NCBI RefSeq assembly: GCF_006345805.1
Contig: NC_043020.1
Coordinates: 11,098,001 to 11,162,000, forward strand
Reading direction: 5' to 3'
From: Octopus sinensis
Lineage: Eukaryota
Length of the DNA: 64,000 nt
This document shows positions 22,993 to 36,095 of this stretch, piece by piece. Under the pieces are notes generated by a model, which was not told where the DNA came from, ran no database searches, and saw only the letters and a list, made by a program, of their open reading frames with translations. Each line of letters starts with the position of its first letter. The first letter of the stretch is position 1. The translations under genes were made by a program, and so were the position numbers.

Positions 22993-24417
22993 TTAGTGTC
23001 GGGCTGGGCTCTTTACGTTCTAGTTTCAAAACCCATCGAGGTCAACTTCGCCTTCCTTCCAGCCCTCCGCGGACCGTTAAAATCAAGTACCCCAGTCGAG
23101 TAACTAGAGACGATTATATCGACGAACACCTTTCTCCGAAATATTGTTGGGCTTGTCTCTAAATCAGAAGCCACTATTAGAATCTGTAGAACACCGGAAC
23201 CAGACGAAATACCTTGGGTTATTTAGTCACGTTCCCTTACATTCTGAGTTCAAATTCTGCCAATGTAGACTTTATCGATTATCTTCCCAGGGTCAGTAAA
23301 ATCTGTTCCTGTCAAGTACTGGTTCGAGTTAACCGTGTTTTCTCTTTGTCCCTGAATCTGGCGCTGTTTTGTTTAAAGGTCGAAACCATTCTTTGTTTAT
23401 AACATATAATACGATTCTCTCTCACTCTATATATATATATGATCTTCGCGTCGATTTTGATCGAACTTTTATATATCTATTAATATATATATATACATAT
23501 AAGGTTTTGGCGACAAGCCTTAAGAAGCTAAATGGCAATGTGACGGTGAAATAAGCTTCTTTAATTACGAAATTAATCAGTTTTTTAAAAATTTCCATTG
23601 AAACCAGACATTACAATTATACCATTATGGCTTTTATGTATATAACAATATGTTATAAATTGTTCTCGTTAAGCAGCGTTAATTTTATAATTATACCTCA
23701 ATTACGAGGAAGTAATTTATCAGTTTGAGGCAAAATTGTAGGTCTCGTTACGAAACACAAGCACCAATTTTATTTTTTAAGTGTTTTTTAGGTATTATTA
23801 TTGTTGTTGTTGTTGTTCTTGTTATCATTATTATTGAGCTGGCAGAGTCGTTAGCGCACCAGGCGAAATGCTTAGCGATATTTCGTCCGTCTGTTCTGAG
23901 TTCAAATTCCGCCAAGGTCGACTTTGCCTTTCAGCCTTTCGGGATCGATAAAATAAGTACCAGTTGAATGCTGGGGGTAATCGATGGAATCGACTTTCCC
24001 CCTCCCCACGAAATAACTGGTCTTGTGCTAAAATTTGAAATTATTTACATCGACCTCAGTGCACCACTGGTACTTATTTAATCGACCCCGAAAAGATATA
24101 AAAGGCAGAGTCAACCTCGGCGAAATTTGAACTCAGAACTTAGTGGTATTTAATCTATTGCTATGAGAGAATATGTTTCAAGGCTGGAAATATTACTATC
24201 TTTTACTCTTCTACTTGTTTCAGTCATTTGACTGTGGCCATGCTGGAGCACCGCCTTTAGTCGAGCAAATCGACCCCGGGACTTATTCTTTGTAAGCCTA
24301 GTACTTATTCTATCGGCCTCTTTTGCCGAACCGCTAAGTGACGGGGACGTAAAGACACCAGCCTCGGTTGTCAAGCGATGTTGGGGGGACAAACACAGAA
24401 CACAAATATATACACAC

Positions 24418-24468
<51 letters not shown>

Positions 24469-26414
24469 CATACATACATACATACATACATACATACATA
24501 CATACACACACATATACGACGGGTTTTTTTTCAGTTTCCGTCTACCAAATCCACTCACGAGGCTTTGGTCGGCCCGAGGCTATAGTAGAAGACACTTGCC
24601 CAAGGTGCCACGCAGTGGGACTGAACCGGGAATCGTGTGGTTGGTAAGCAAGCTACTTACCACACAGCCACTCCTACGCCTACATATGTTGAGAAATATG
24701 TGGTAGAAAGAAACCATAAAAATACTACGTAGAAATCCAGTATACTACTTTGCTTGAACGGACCCCACCAAATTCTATATGGACTCCACCCCGCCAGCGG
24801 TCATAAGGAGCTGGTTGAGAACTTCTGATCTAGATGAAAAAAATATATTTTGGGAGAGAAAGTGAAATAGCTTGATAAATAAATAGGGAAAGAGAGTTGA
24901 AAATAAGAAGTTAAAAGAAAGGTAAATGAACAATAACGTGGGGACAAGTGAATTCTAAGACTCACTCTTCGGTGACACAAATTTCAAATTTTTGCGCAAA
25001 GCTACAGACTCAAAATGGGTGTGCATAGTCAATGGAACGGACCCTAGTAAACGCCTATTGCTATTTGTTCATGGGCCCCCCGTAAGTATAAAGGGCGGCG
25101 GAGTTTCGGATCAGGACTCCTGCACAAGTTAGATTTTTCCAAGTCTTTTTCTTTCCATTTCGTTCGTGAGGGTGTTAATGGGCGGAGGACAGCTTTTTAT
25201 GAAAATATTTTTAACCATATTGTTTGAAAGTTTTGATTTTTTTTTCTCCTCACCACGCTTTGTGTGTGTGTGTTTACGCACTTAAAAATGTTGGGAGAAA
25301 CCTTTTAGGTTGAAAAAAATAAAACCGAAAAAAATTTTCCAAATGTTTTCAGACGAAAAAAAAAAAATGTGTGATTTAAGGGAGATTTAGCTGTTGTTTC
25401 TAGCACATACACATATATATATATATGTATACATATATACGACGGACTTCTTTTAGTTTCCGTCCACCGAATCCACTCATAATACTTTGGTCGGCCCGAG
25501 GCTATAGTAGAAGACACTTGCCCAAGGTGCCATGTACTGGGACTGAACCCAGAACCATGTGGTTGGTAAGCAAGCTACTTACCTCACAGCCACTCCTACG
25601 CCTATACTCTTTTACTCTTTTACTTGTTTCAGTCATTTGACTGCGGCCATGCTGGAGCACCGCCTTTAATCGAGCAACTCGACCCCGGGACTTATTCTTT
25701 TGTAAGCCCAGTACTTATTCTATCGGTATCTTTTGCCGAACCGCTAGTTAACGGGGACATAAACACACTAGCATCGGTTGTCAAGCAATGCTAGGGGAAC
25801 AAACAGACACACAAACACACACACGCGCATATATACATATACATATATACGACGGGCTTCTTTCAGTTTCCATCTACCAAATCCACTCACAAGGCTTTGG
25901 TCGGCCCGAGGCTATAGTAGAAGACTCTTGCCCAAGGTGCCACGCAGTGTGACTGAACCCGGAACCATGTGGTTAGTAAACAAGCTACTTACCACACAGC
26001 CACTCCTACGCCTATTTGTAGAAAATTTCATTAAAAGAATATCCATTTTTCTGGAAGTTATGAAGCAACAAAATCGGCGGGGTACACATGTGAAGGTATA
26101 CAATGGTATTTATTTATTCTACCATCATAAATATTAAATCTAATAAATACACCAACTAAAAGAAACGGTTGTAGTTTGGAGAAATTTCAACCTGATTTTT
26201 GTTTTAGAATGATTGGGGGAGATACTCATTTGAAGTGATTGAACAGATCGATGATAAATGAAAGTATAATTCGATTATTTATTGATGGCACAATTTAGCC
26301 AGAATATGTCAATGTAACCATCTATTTATATTAAAAATGAATGTATACTTTTGAGCGGGAGGATGTATATAGAAACAAAACGAACACCAGACTTCAGAAT
26401 CTGTGCGATTATTG

Positions 26415-26591
26415 TTGTTGTTGTTATTATTATTAATATTATTATTATCATTATCATTATTATTATTATTATCATTATTATTATCATTATTATTATCATT
26501 ATTATTATCATCATTATTATTATCATTATTATTATTATTATCATTATTATTATCATTATTATTATTATTATCATTATCATTATTATCATCA

Positions 26592-26622
<31 letters not shown>

Positions 26623-26729
26623 CATGATTATTATCATTATTATCATCATCATCATCATTATCATTATTATTATTATCATCATTATTATTATCATCATCAT
26701 CATTATTAATAATATTATTATTATCATCA

Positions 26730-26789
<60 letters not shown>

Positions 26790-26898
26790 TCATTATTATT
26801 ATTATTATTATTATATTCATTATTATTATCATCATCATCATCATCATTATTATTATTATATTATCATTATTATTATCATTATTATTATTATTATTATT
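26415..26898. repeat. Compound (ATT/ATC)n microsatellite, ~480 bp
   Basis: Direct inspection; source of the poly-Ile ORFs. Confidence 0.97.
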
Positions 26899-26899
26899 A

Positions 26900-27300
26900 G
26901 GCATGCCGTGGCTTTTGACGCGTAGACACGCGCGCGGGTTACGCCATCTGCAAGGATCTCTAGAAGATGCCTTTCACTTATCAGTGCCACCGAGTGGGAG
27001 TCGCGTGGGGGGGGGGCTCTATCGGTTCGAGATAAACTCTACCTACAGACATAGATATGCAGCTGTCAGACGGACTTGTTCGAGATGTGCGCAGAGCGAC
27101 GAAACCCGTTCTGCATGCACTCGCTTAGTGTCCGGGAATTGCTGAATTGTTGGAGTTAAGTCGAACAGCTGCTGTCGCGTGCAGGACGGATCCGTCTGTC
27201 GTCCGAGTCCATAGCAATGGCTGCCCCGCCATCCTCCTTTAATCGGGCAGGCAAGGTAGTTTTCCTTTGCCTGGTGGACGAGGCTGAAAGGGATTGGGTT
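26900..27300 (+). mobile_element. Tx1/L1-clade LINE ORF2 C-terminal (zinc-knuckle) remnant
   Basis: GC-rich; GALSVRDKLY...CSRCAQSDET..HAL..CP gives a CX2C..H..C knuckle across frameshifts. Confidence 0.65.
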
Positions 27301-27303
27301 CAG

Positions 27304-27721
27304 GGACCTTTTCGGTTTGAACGGCAGTTTTTTTAGAATAATTTCCACGTAACTAAAAAATTTTAAACTTCGTATACTGGTAGAATGTGTTTATAAAACA
27401 TCATTTTTTCTTGGCTTTATTGAGAAAATTCTATAATTTGTAAGATATTTGTTGTTTTTTTCACTTCAATTTCTGCAATTTCAACCAATCACTGACGTCT
27501 ATTGAGGTAAAAAAAAACATTCTGTGCTGTATGAATATGTCCCTCGTTTAAGAAACAGATTGGGTTTATTTACATTTGTGAAGAAAAAAAGATACCCTTC
27601 CCCTCACCCCTAACCCTAAAACCGATTGAAATGCAATAGATCGATACTAGGGTCATAATTATGGGTGACAATTTCATATGACACCGCTAGAAAAAAACTG
27701 CCGGTCAAACCGAAAAGATCC
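27304..27721 (+). mobile_element. MITE family E
   Basis: Both TIRs present; TSD gggttcag/agggtcag (6/8). Confidence 0.88.
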
Positions 27722-27825
27722 AGGGTCAGAAACATTCCTCTTTGGTAAAACCCTCGTCGACTTTTTCAAGTTTAACTTGAAAAGGAAAGTGAGGGTGGAG
27801 AGAGAGGTGCTGTCTTCGAGTGAAT

Positions 27826-28810
27826 TACTGTATTTGCCGGTGTATAAACCGCACCCCCGATTTTCGGTCCCTGATGGGGGGGGGGGAACGTGGAGGAAAC
27901 CGGGAAATACCTGGGGCTAATGAAAAGGGAGAAATGTGGGATGAATACAAACCTCAATTTCACGATGATTTCATACTTAACGAACATTTCCAACTGCAAT
28001 CATTGATATTTATAATTATTAATGGAAGAAGATAAAGTCCAGATTTTAAATGCAAGAGATAATAAGAGAACGTCTTTTGGCAATCTTTCGTCTCTAGTAG
28101 ACCTTTCCGTCGATTTCCGTAAAAATTTTTTTACATATGGGCTTGCGGGAACTTTTGAAGTAATGAGAGCGAAAGAGACTAAGAGAAAGCGATTGTATGA
28201 CGAGGGAAGTTCTTTTGAAGTTACCGTGCATGGGAGCATTGATGGACATGTGTGTGTGCGTGCGTTTGATGGGGTGTGGGAGACAGACAATATGTTGTGT
28301 AAGTGAAGTGCTTCTGTTAGTGTGTGTGAAGAGACAGAGTAATGTGTGAAAGAAAGAGATAACTGATTTTTTTACTCGGTGTATGTGTATATGTATGTAT
28401 ATTACTTCAAAAGTTCCCGCAAGCCCATATGTAAAAAAAAAAAAATTTTTACGGAAATCGACGGAAAGGTCTACTAGAGACGAAAGATCGCCCGTCTTTT
28501 TATTATGTGTGTTTATATGATTTATTCATATTCTTTCTTGAAAATGTGTGGTCCTAAAATGGATCAACCCTAATGAGTAGAGATTTCACTCAAAGCCTAA
28601 GAACTCTTCGTCGTCAGACGACCCGTTGAAGACTTCGTAGAGTTGATCGTCTGCACATGCCAGTTCATCTTCGTCATCGCTGGAATCAGAAGAATCGGAA
28701 GAGATGGGGTCGTCTTCCCACAAGATGTCATCTTTATGGGGGGAGGATTTTCCCTTTCTCTGTTTGAAGTTGGGGTACTCTAGATGTTGTATCGCTGATG
28801 GCTTAGAAAG
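27826..28810 (-). mobile_element. pogo/Tigger-like remnant
   Basis: Terminus TA|CTGTATTTGCCGGTGTATAAACCGCACC and an acidic tail DDILWEDD...SSDDEEFLGFE* typical of pogo-family C-termini; interrupted by a MITE at 28079-28492. Confidence 0.55.
28079..28492 (+). mobile_element. MITE family F (~86-bp TIRs starting GGCAATC, 8-bp TSD)
   Basis: TSD cgtctttt at 28071-28078 and 28493-28500. Confidence 0.9.
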
Positions 28811-29722
28811 TTAGGGTTAGGTCCTGTATTCTTAGGGACGATGGTTGTGTTTTTTAGATAGGTGTGAATCAGTGTACGAGTGTTGTTTTGATTTTCTTAT
28901 TTTCAAGATAGGGTTGTTGGAAGCGTGCTCCGTTTGAAAGATGGTTTCATAGCTTGGGAACCAAGAGGCGCTTTTCTCCCTTCTTCACTCTTTTACTTGT
29001 TGCAGTCATTTGACTGCGGCCATGCTGGAGCACCGTCTTTAGTCGAGCAAATCGACCCCAGGACTCTGGAAGCCTAGTACTTATTCTATCGGTCTCTTTT
29101 TGCTGAACCGCTAAGTTACGGGGACGTAAACACACCAGCATCGGTCGTTGGGGAGACAAACACAAACACACACACACATATATATATATAAACGACGGGC
29201 TTCTTTCAGTTTCCGTCTACCAAATCCACTCACAAGGCTTTGGTCGGCCCGAGGCTATAGTACAAGATACTTGCCCAAGGTGCCACGCAGTGGAACTGAA
29301 CCCGGAACCATGTGGTTGGTAAGCAAGCTACTTACCACACAGCCATATATTTCCTTGTCTAATTATATTTACAATATATTTTGTATAATGCCTTTACTGT
29401 TATGTAATGGTGTAATAAAGTATTGTTTGGGTATCATCTGATGGTTGATGTTTGATTGATTTAAGTATGTTTCTCCATTTTCTAATTTTGTAGTATATAT
29501 ATATATATATATATATATACTCATTATCTTTTATCAAACTTTTAATACTTTTGATATATTTTAAAAATAATATAAATTAATTAATTTTATGTATTGGCTT
29601 AAGTTTTTCATTGTTTGATTTGCCTAATAGTGGTTTTATCTCTAATTTGATATAATATATATATATATATATATATATGAATAAAAAAAATGGAGTTAAC
29701 GCAGGTGTAATCAAATATTTTT

Positions 29723-29808
29723 ACTTTCGACACATGTTTCGAAAATTCCACTGATACTATTCAAAAGAATAAATGGTATAAACAATGCAATCTTCTCCTC
29801 AGGAAAGT
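29723..29808 (-). ncRNA. Type-I hammerhead ribozyme motif with a long loop 2
   Basis: Minus strand: actttc CTGAGGA GAAGA [~45 nt] TTTTC GAA AC ATGT GT C gaaagt; 6-bp stem I, 5-bp stem II, GUC triplet. Confidence 0.7.
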
Positions 29809-30166
29809 GATAAAAACGAAACTCGTCAATAAGACATAACAAGAATAGAGAAAATTACATCGTTAATTGATTACACTATACATTACCGACGATCGCTTCT
29901 ATTGTGCTAGCATATTTAGATATAGAAAAGGCATAAAATACTTGTCAAATGAATGAATGTATGTATGTATGTACATTATTACATGAAAGCATTAATCGGT
30001 ACTTCCTTATGGCTTGTATTCAAATTGTTATTTTATTTCCCATAAACATTATGTTTCCCTCGAGTTTATTGTCAGCTTTCAATGACTTATTGACGTCAAT
30101 TCCCGTTCCCAGTGGAGGATCTTTCTTTTGACATTAAATGAGACCTGGCAGTTCGTTTATCGTTGC

Positions 30167-30598
30167 GGCGATCTTTCGTCTCAAGTAGACCTTTCCGTCG
30201 ATTTCCGTAAAAAAATTTTTTTTTTTTTACATATGGGCTTGCGGGAACTTTTGAAGTAATATACATACATATACACATACACCGAGTAAAAAATTTCAGT
30301 TATCTCTTTCTTTCACACATTACTCTCTCTGTCTCTTCACACACACTAACAGAAGCACTTCACTTACACAACATACTGTCTGTCTCCCACACCCCATCAA
30401 ACACACACGCACACACACATATGTCCATCAATGCTTCTCATGCACGGTAACTTCAAAAGAACTTCCCTCGTCATAAAATGGCTTTCTCTTAGTATCTTTC
30501 GCTCTCAGTACTTCAAAAGTTCCCGCAAGCCCATATGTAAAAAAAAAAAAAATTTTACGGAAATCGACGGAAAGGTCTACTAGAGACGAAAGATTGCC
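30167..30598 (-). mobile_element. MITE family F, opposite orientation
   Basis: TSD atcgttgc at 30159-30166 and 30599-30606. Confidence 0.9.
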
Positions 30599-30761
30599 AT
30601 CGTTGCCAGTAAGTACTACCATGTGAAGGCGCGTGGCTTAGTGGTTAGGGATATTCTGTTCACAGTCGTAAGGTCGTGAGTTCGATACTTAGCGACGCGT
30701 TGTGTCCTTAAGCAAGACGCTTTATTTCACGTTGCTCTAGTCCACATACTTGGCAAAAATG

Positions 30762-31144
30762 GGATCTTTTCGGTTTGACCGGCAGTTTTTTCTACCTGTG
30801 TCATATGAAATTGTCACCCATAATTATGACCCTAGTATCGATCTATTGCATTTCAATCTGTGTTAGGGTTAGGGTTAGGGGTGGGGGACGGGTATCTTTT
30901 TTTCTTCACAAATGTAAATAAACCCAATCTGTTTCTTAAACGAGGGACATATTCATACCGCAATGTTTTTTTTTTTACCTCAATAGACGTCATTGATTGG
31001 TTGAAATTGCAGAAATTGAAGAAAAAAAATAAAGCCAAGAGAAAAAGATGTTTTATAAACACATTCTACCAGTATACGAAGTTTAAAAGTGTTTAGTTAC
31101 GTGGAAATTATTTTTAAAAACTGCCGGTCAAACCGAAAAGGTCC
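30762..31144 (-). mobile_element. MITE family E inserted into a tRNA-SINE
   Basis: TSD caaaaatg/ccaaaatg; the host SINE runs ~30625-30761 and resumes at 31145. Confidence 0.88.
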
Positions 31145-31399
31145 CCAAAATGAGTACTGGCTGTATTTCAAGGGGACTGCATTGTCATATTCACATTCTT
31201 TGTCACGTTGAATTACGCGTGTCTGCGTAATGCTCTACCATTTGCACGTGAATTTCACGTGCAGGCTGTTCCGTTGATCGCACCAACCGGACCACATGTC
31301 GTTCTAACCGACGGAGTGCCAACTTCTTAAAAATACTATCGGTTTCACTGTAGCATCTTTGCAATTGTAACATCTGTGGTACACGCACACACACATGTA

Positions 31400-31558
<159 letters not shown>

Positions 31559-31602
31559 TTATCAGTCATCCATAAGTCTGAATAAAGTACACTCTAAAAG
31601 AA

Positions 31603-31660
<58 letters not shown>

Positions 31661-31664
<4 letters not shown>

Positions 31665-31826
31665 TAATTGTTATCGCCATATTAATATGGCATTCTTATA
31701 GATATAAGAATAATCGCTGCCATGGTCAGCTCCATGAGGCCACCGCCATCAAGATAGCTGACCATGGCAGCGATTATTCTTATATCTATAAGAATGCCAT
31801 ATTAATATGGCGATAACAATTAATTT
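31661..31826. repeat. Perfect 71-bp inverted repeat with a 24-nt loop
   Basis: 31661-31731 is the exact reverse complement of 31756-31826. Confidence 0.95.
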
Positions 31827-31880
31827 CCAGTAAACGCTGCCATAATCTCTTTTATAGAGACTTAGTAATTTTAATATTTC

Positions 31881-31939
<59 letters not shown>

Positions 31940-31994
31940 TTTATATATATACATATATAAATATAAGAGTGGTGCAATACATACATACATATAT

Positions 31995-32410
31995 ATATAG
32001 AGAGAGTTCAAGTTTACAGAAAACCAAAGACGAAGACAGGCGTAGGAAGATCAAGGTGTATTAGTTTAACGCTCGGGAAGAATGGAAAGTCTTTTGCGTT
32101 TCCAGCCTACGCTCTTCGGCAGAAAAGGATTAAGAGGGGAAAAAATGGAGAGAGAAAAATGTGTAGGGATTATATGTAGACATACACCACACACATATAT
32201 GTACATGCATCCATATATATTCGCCATGATAGATCGCTAGCCACTAAACCTTTTTCTATCCCCCCCCTTGTTTGTTTCTGTGTTCCTTTCTGTTGAAGAG
32301 CGTAGGCTCGAAACGTAAAAGACTTTCTCACTTCCCGAGCGTTAAACTAATACATCTGTCTGTTGTTTACACACCCGTCTTCGTCTTTTTTTTTTTTGTA
32401 AATTGTCACT
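31995..32410. mobile_element. Inverted pair of Penelope-type repeats (related copy at ~9560-9690)
   Basis: ~31995-32170 (minus) and ~32230-32410 (plus) are homologous; both carry GAAGAGCGTAGGCT(C/G)GAAACG. Confidence 0.55.
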
Positions 32411-32724
32411 ACATACATACATACATATACGTTTACACACACACACATATATGTGTGTATATATATACGTATACGTATATCTATCTAGCCATACATACAT
32501 ACATCATACATACAACATACGTACATACATACATACATACAACATATATACATTCATACATACACACACAGACACACATACACACACACACACACATACA
32601 TACATACATACATACACACACACACATACATACATACATACATACATACAGACACACATACACACACACACACACACATACATACATACATACATACATA
32701 CATACATACATACATACATACATA

Positions 32725-33030
32725 CATGGTGCGGTGAATATATTGTTGTCTGAATTACGCAAAAGTGAAAATAACAGTGACATCTCATTTTAACAGATAT
32801 ATTTTACCAAAATCACATAAAAATATCTTGAAATAGTAAATTTATTCAATAAAATCGCCATTGGCTTCAATCGCATCCTCCAGACGACTTCAGAATCTCC
32901 TGCAACTCTTGGACGGTCTCCTTGTTTAATTGCTGCCATAGTCCAGTTCATCTTTGGTGTTACAAGGAGTTTTGTTGGTCTCTCGCTCAACTGCGCCCCA
33001 CACACAATAATCAAGGGGGTTACAGTCTAA
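32725..33030 (-). mobile_element. Tc1/mariner transposase C-terminus and 3' end (3' half of split element)
   Basis: Minus strand reads DCNPLDYCVWGAVERETNKTPCNTKDE...NKETVQ; the element ends next to TA and abuts a MITE end at 33031. Confidence 0.8.
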
Positions 33031-33769
33031 GGATCTTTTCGGTTTGAACGGCAGTTTTTAAAAATAATTTCCACGTAACTAAACTCTTTTAAACTTCGTA
33101 TACTGGTAGAATGTGTTTATAAAACATCTTTTTCTCTTGGCTTTATTGAGAAAATTCTATAATTTGTAAGATATTTGTTGTTGTTTTTCTTCAATTTCTG
33201 CTATTTCAACCAATCACTGACGTCTATTGAGGTAAAAAAAACATTGCCGTATGAATATGTCCCTCGTTTAAGAAACAGATTGGGTTTATTTACATTTGTG
33301 AAGAAAAAAGATACCCTTCGCCCACCCAATTTACCCATCGTACACTGTATATCCTATATAATAGGGGTAGGCGTGTCTATGTGGTAAAAAGCTTGTTTCA
33401 CAAGCGCATGGTTCCAGGTTCAGTCCCACCGCGCGGCACCTTGGGCAAATGTCCCCTATTATAGCCACGGGCCGACCGAAGCCTTGTGAATAGATTTTGT
33501 AGACAGAAACTGAAAAGAAGCCCGTCGTATATACATATGTATATATTTATTTGTGAGTTTTTGTGTCTGCATTTGTCCCCCACCAACCCACTCCTCATTG
33601 CTTGACAACCGATGTTGGTGTGTTTACGTCCCCGTAACTTAGCGTTTCGGCAAAAGAAACTTATAGAATAAGTACCAGGCTTACAAAGGGTTAGTCTTGG
33701 GGTCGATTTCTTCGATTAAAAAACAAACCGCAATCTTATGACTGACAAGTAAAAGTGTAAAAAAAATAC

Positions 33770-34500
33770 TCATACATACACACATACATACATACACACA
33801 TACATACATACACATACATACATACATACATACATACATACATACATACATACATACATACACACACACATACATACACACATACATACATACACACATA
33901 CATACATACACACATACATACATACATACACACATACATACACACACACATACATACATACATACATACATACATACATACACACATACATACACACATA
34001 CATACATACATACATACATACATACATACATACATACAAACATGCATACATACATACATACATACATACATACATACATACATACATACATACATACATA
34101 CATACACACATACATACATACACACATACATACACACATACATACATACACACATACATACATACACACATACATACATACACACATATATACATACATA
34201 CATACACACATACATACATACACACACATACATACATACATACACACACACATACATACATACGTACACACACACATACATACGTACACACACACACACA
34301 TACATACATACATACACACACACATACATACATACACACACATATACATACACACACACATACATACATACATACACACATACATACATACACACATACA
34401 TAATACATTACATACACACACATACATACATACATACACACATACATACATACACACATACATAATACATTACATACACACACATATATATATATATATA
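33770..34500. repeat. Compound (CATA)n/(CA)n satellite, ~730 bp (similar tract at 32430-32725)
   Basis: Direct inspection. Confidence 0.97.
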
Positions 34501-34873
34501 CGTACCATTTTTTTATGGCATATGAGACAATTTTGTTTTTTCTTTTCAAAACAATGTCTCAAAAGAAAATAAAAGTACTCTTGGTCCTACATACGAAGTT
34601 TCTTCACCTACTTCATACTTCAATACACCCAAAAACCATTTTCTCTGAATATGCACTTCTGAAATTAGGGTAAGTCTTACATGCCCATGCGCTGTTTGAG
34701 ATATTAAGTGTGTGTGTGTCGTTTCAAATATAAGGTCTGGAATATTTAAATTCATACGATAGCCGTGTGATATACTTTCCTTCTCCGTCTGGAATATAAA
34801 TATTATAAATGTATTTCATATTAATATAACATTTTTTATGTCACCGCACTCGCGCGTGCGTACTCTCTCTCTT

Positions 34874-34910
<37 letters not shown>

Positions 34911-35052
34911 TTCTCTCTATCTCTTTCACACACACACGCGCATGCACACGTGCATATACATCACCCCCAACACCCCTTTTTACATGTACGATTTACCATC
35001 TGTAGGCATGTATGTATGTATATATGTATGAATATATATATATATATATATA

Positions 35053-35208
35053 TTAAAAGCAGCAGAAATATAACAAAAGCTGTTACTGGGAGTTTCACGT
35101 TCCCGTTCATCGGACAGTTTAAAAAAAATTTTTTTAACAAAAACTGTCCGACGAACGGGAACGTGAAACTCCGAGTAACAGCTTTTGTTATATTTCTGCA
35201 GCTTTTAA
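35053..35208. repeat. ~155-bp palindrome made of two inverted hammerhead-like units
   Basis: Arms 35053-35117 and 35144-35208 are near-perfect reverse complements. Confidence 0.75.
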
Positions 35209-35349
35209 ATAAAGCATATTACTCTACCTCTGGTATTTGAGTACTCTTTTTACCACCTTGTTTCACATTTATGTGTTTACTCCGGTATATATATATATGT
35301 CTAATCTTCTCTCTTTCTCATGTATATATGTGTATATGTATGTATATAT

Positions 35350-35765
35350 GTGTGTGTGTGTGTCTATGTGGTCTGTGCGCGAATAAATAAGTATTGGAGC
35401 AGAGACGAAAATATGGTAGATTATATCATTTAAGCAACCATATGGAATATCGTGAAACTGGGAACAATAGATGTACGTGTTTGTCCGTGTACGTACGTGT
35501 GTGTATGTATGTACCTATGCATGTATGTGTAATGGACTTGTGAGTGTTATGTGTGTGTGTGTGTGTCTATGTGGTCTGTGCGCGAATAAATAAGTATTGG
35601 AGCAGAGACGAAAATATGGTAGATTATATCATTTAAGCAACCATATGGAATATCGTGAAACTGGGAACAATAGATGTACGTGTTTGTCCGTGTACGTACG
35701 TGTGTGTATGTATGTACCTATGCATGTATGTGTAATGGACTTGTGAGTGTTATGTGTGTGTGTGT
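35350..35765. repeat. Exact ~203-bp tandem duplication bounded by (TG)n
   Basis: ctatgtggtctgtgcgcgaat occurs at 35364 and 35567. Confidence 0.92.
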
Positions 35766-36041
35766 GTATTAATTAATTATGTAAGTAAATTGTGTGTGTG
35801 TGGATGATGGGGTAATGGTGTTCATATGTATATGTCAGTGACCTTAGTTTCTGTTTGAGAATTTTTTGCATTTGGAAATAAATAACGTATACACGATTAT
35901 ACACTCTTTACATACTTTCCTATTTGCAAGGCTAGAAGTGCCGTTATTTTTATCATACGGAAAGTCTGTTCGAATTGAGGAATTTCTAATATATTTATTG
36001 ATTATGTAACAACATGATTGTCGATACTAAAACGATCACAG

Positions 36042-36095
<54 letters not shown>

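Noticed and set aside
26326-27145. Long poly-Ile/Met ORFs (192 and 264 aa)
   Set aside because: These are translations of the (ATT/ATC)n microsatellite; the non-repetitive tail is a frameshifted LINE remnant.
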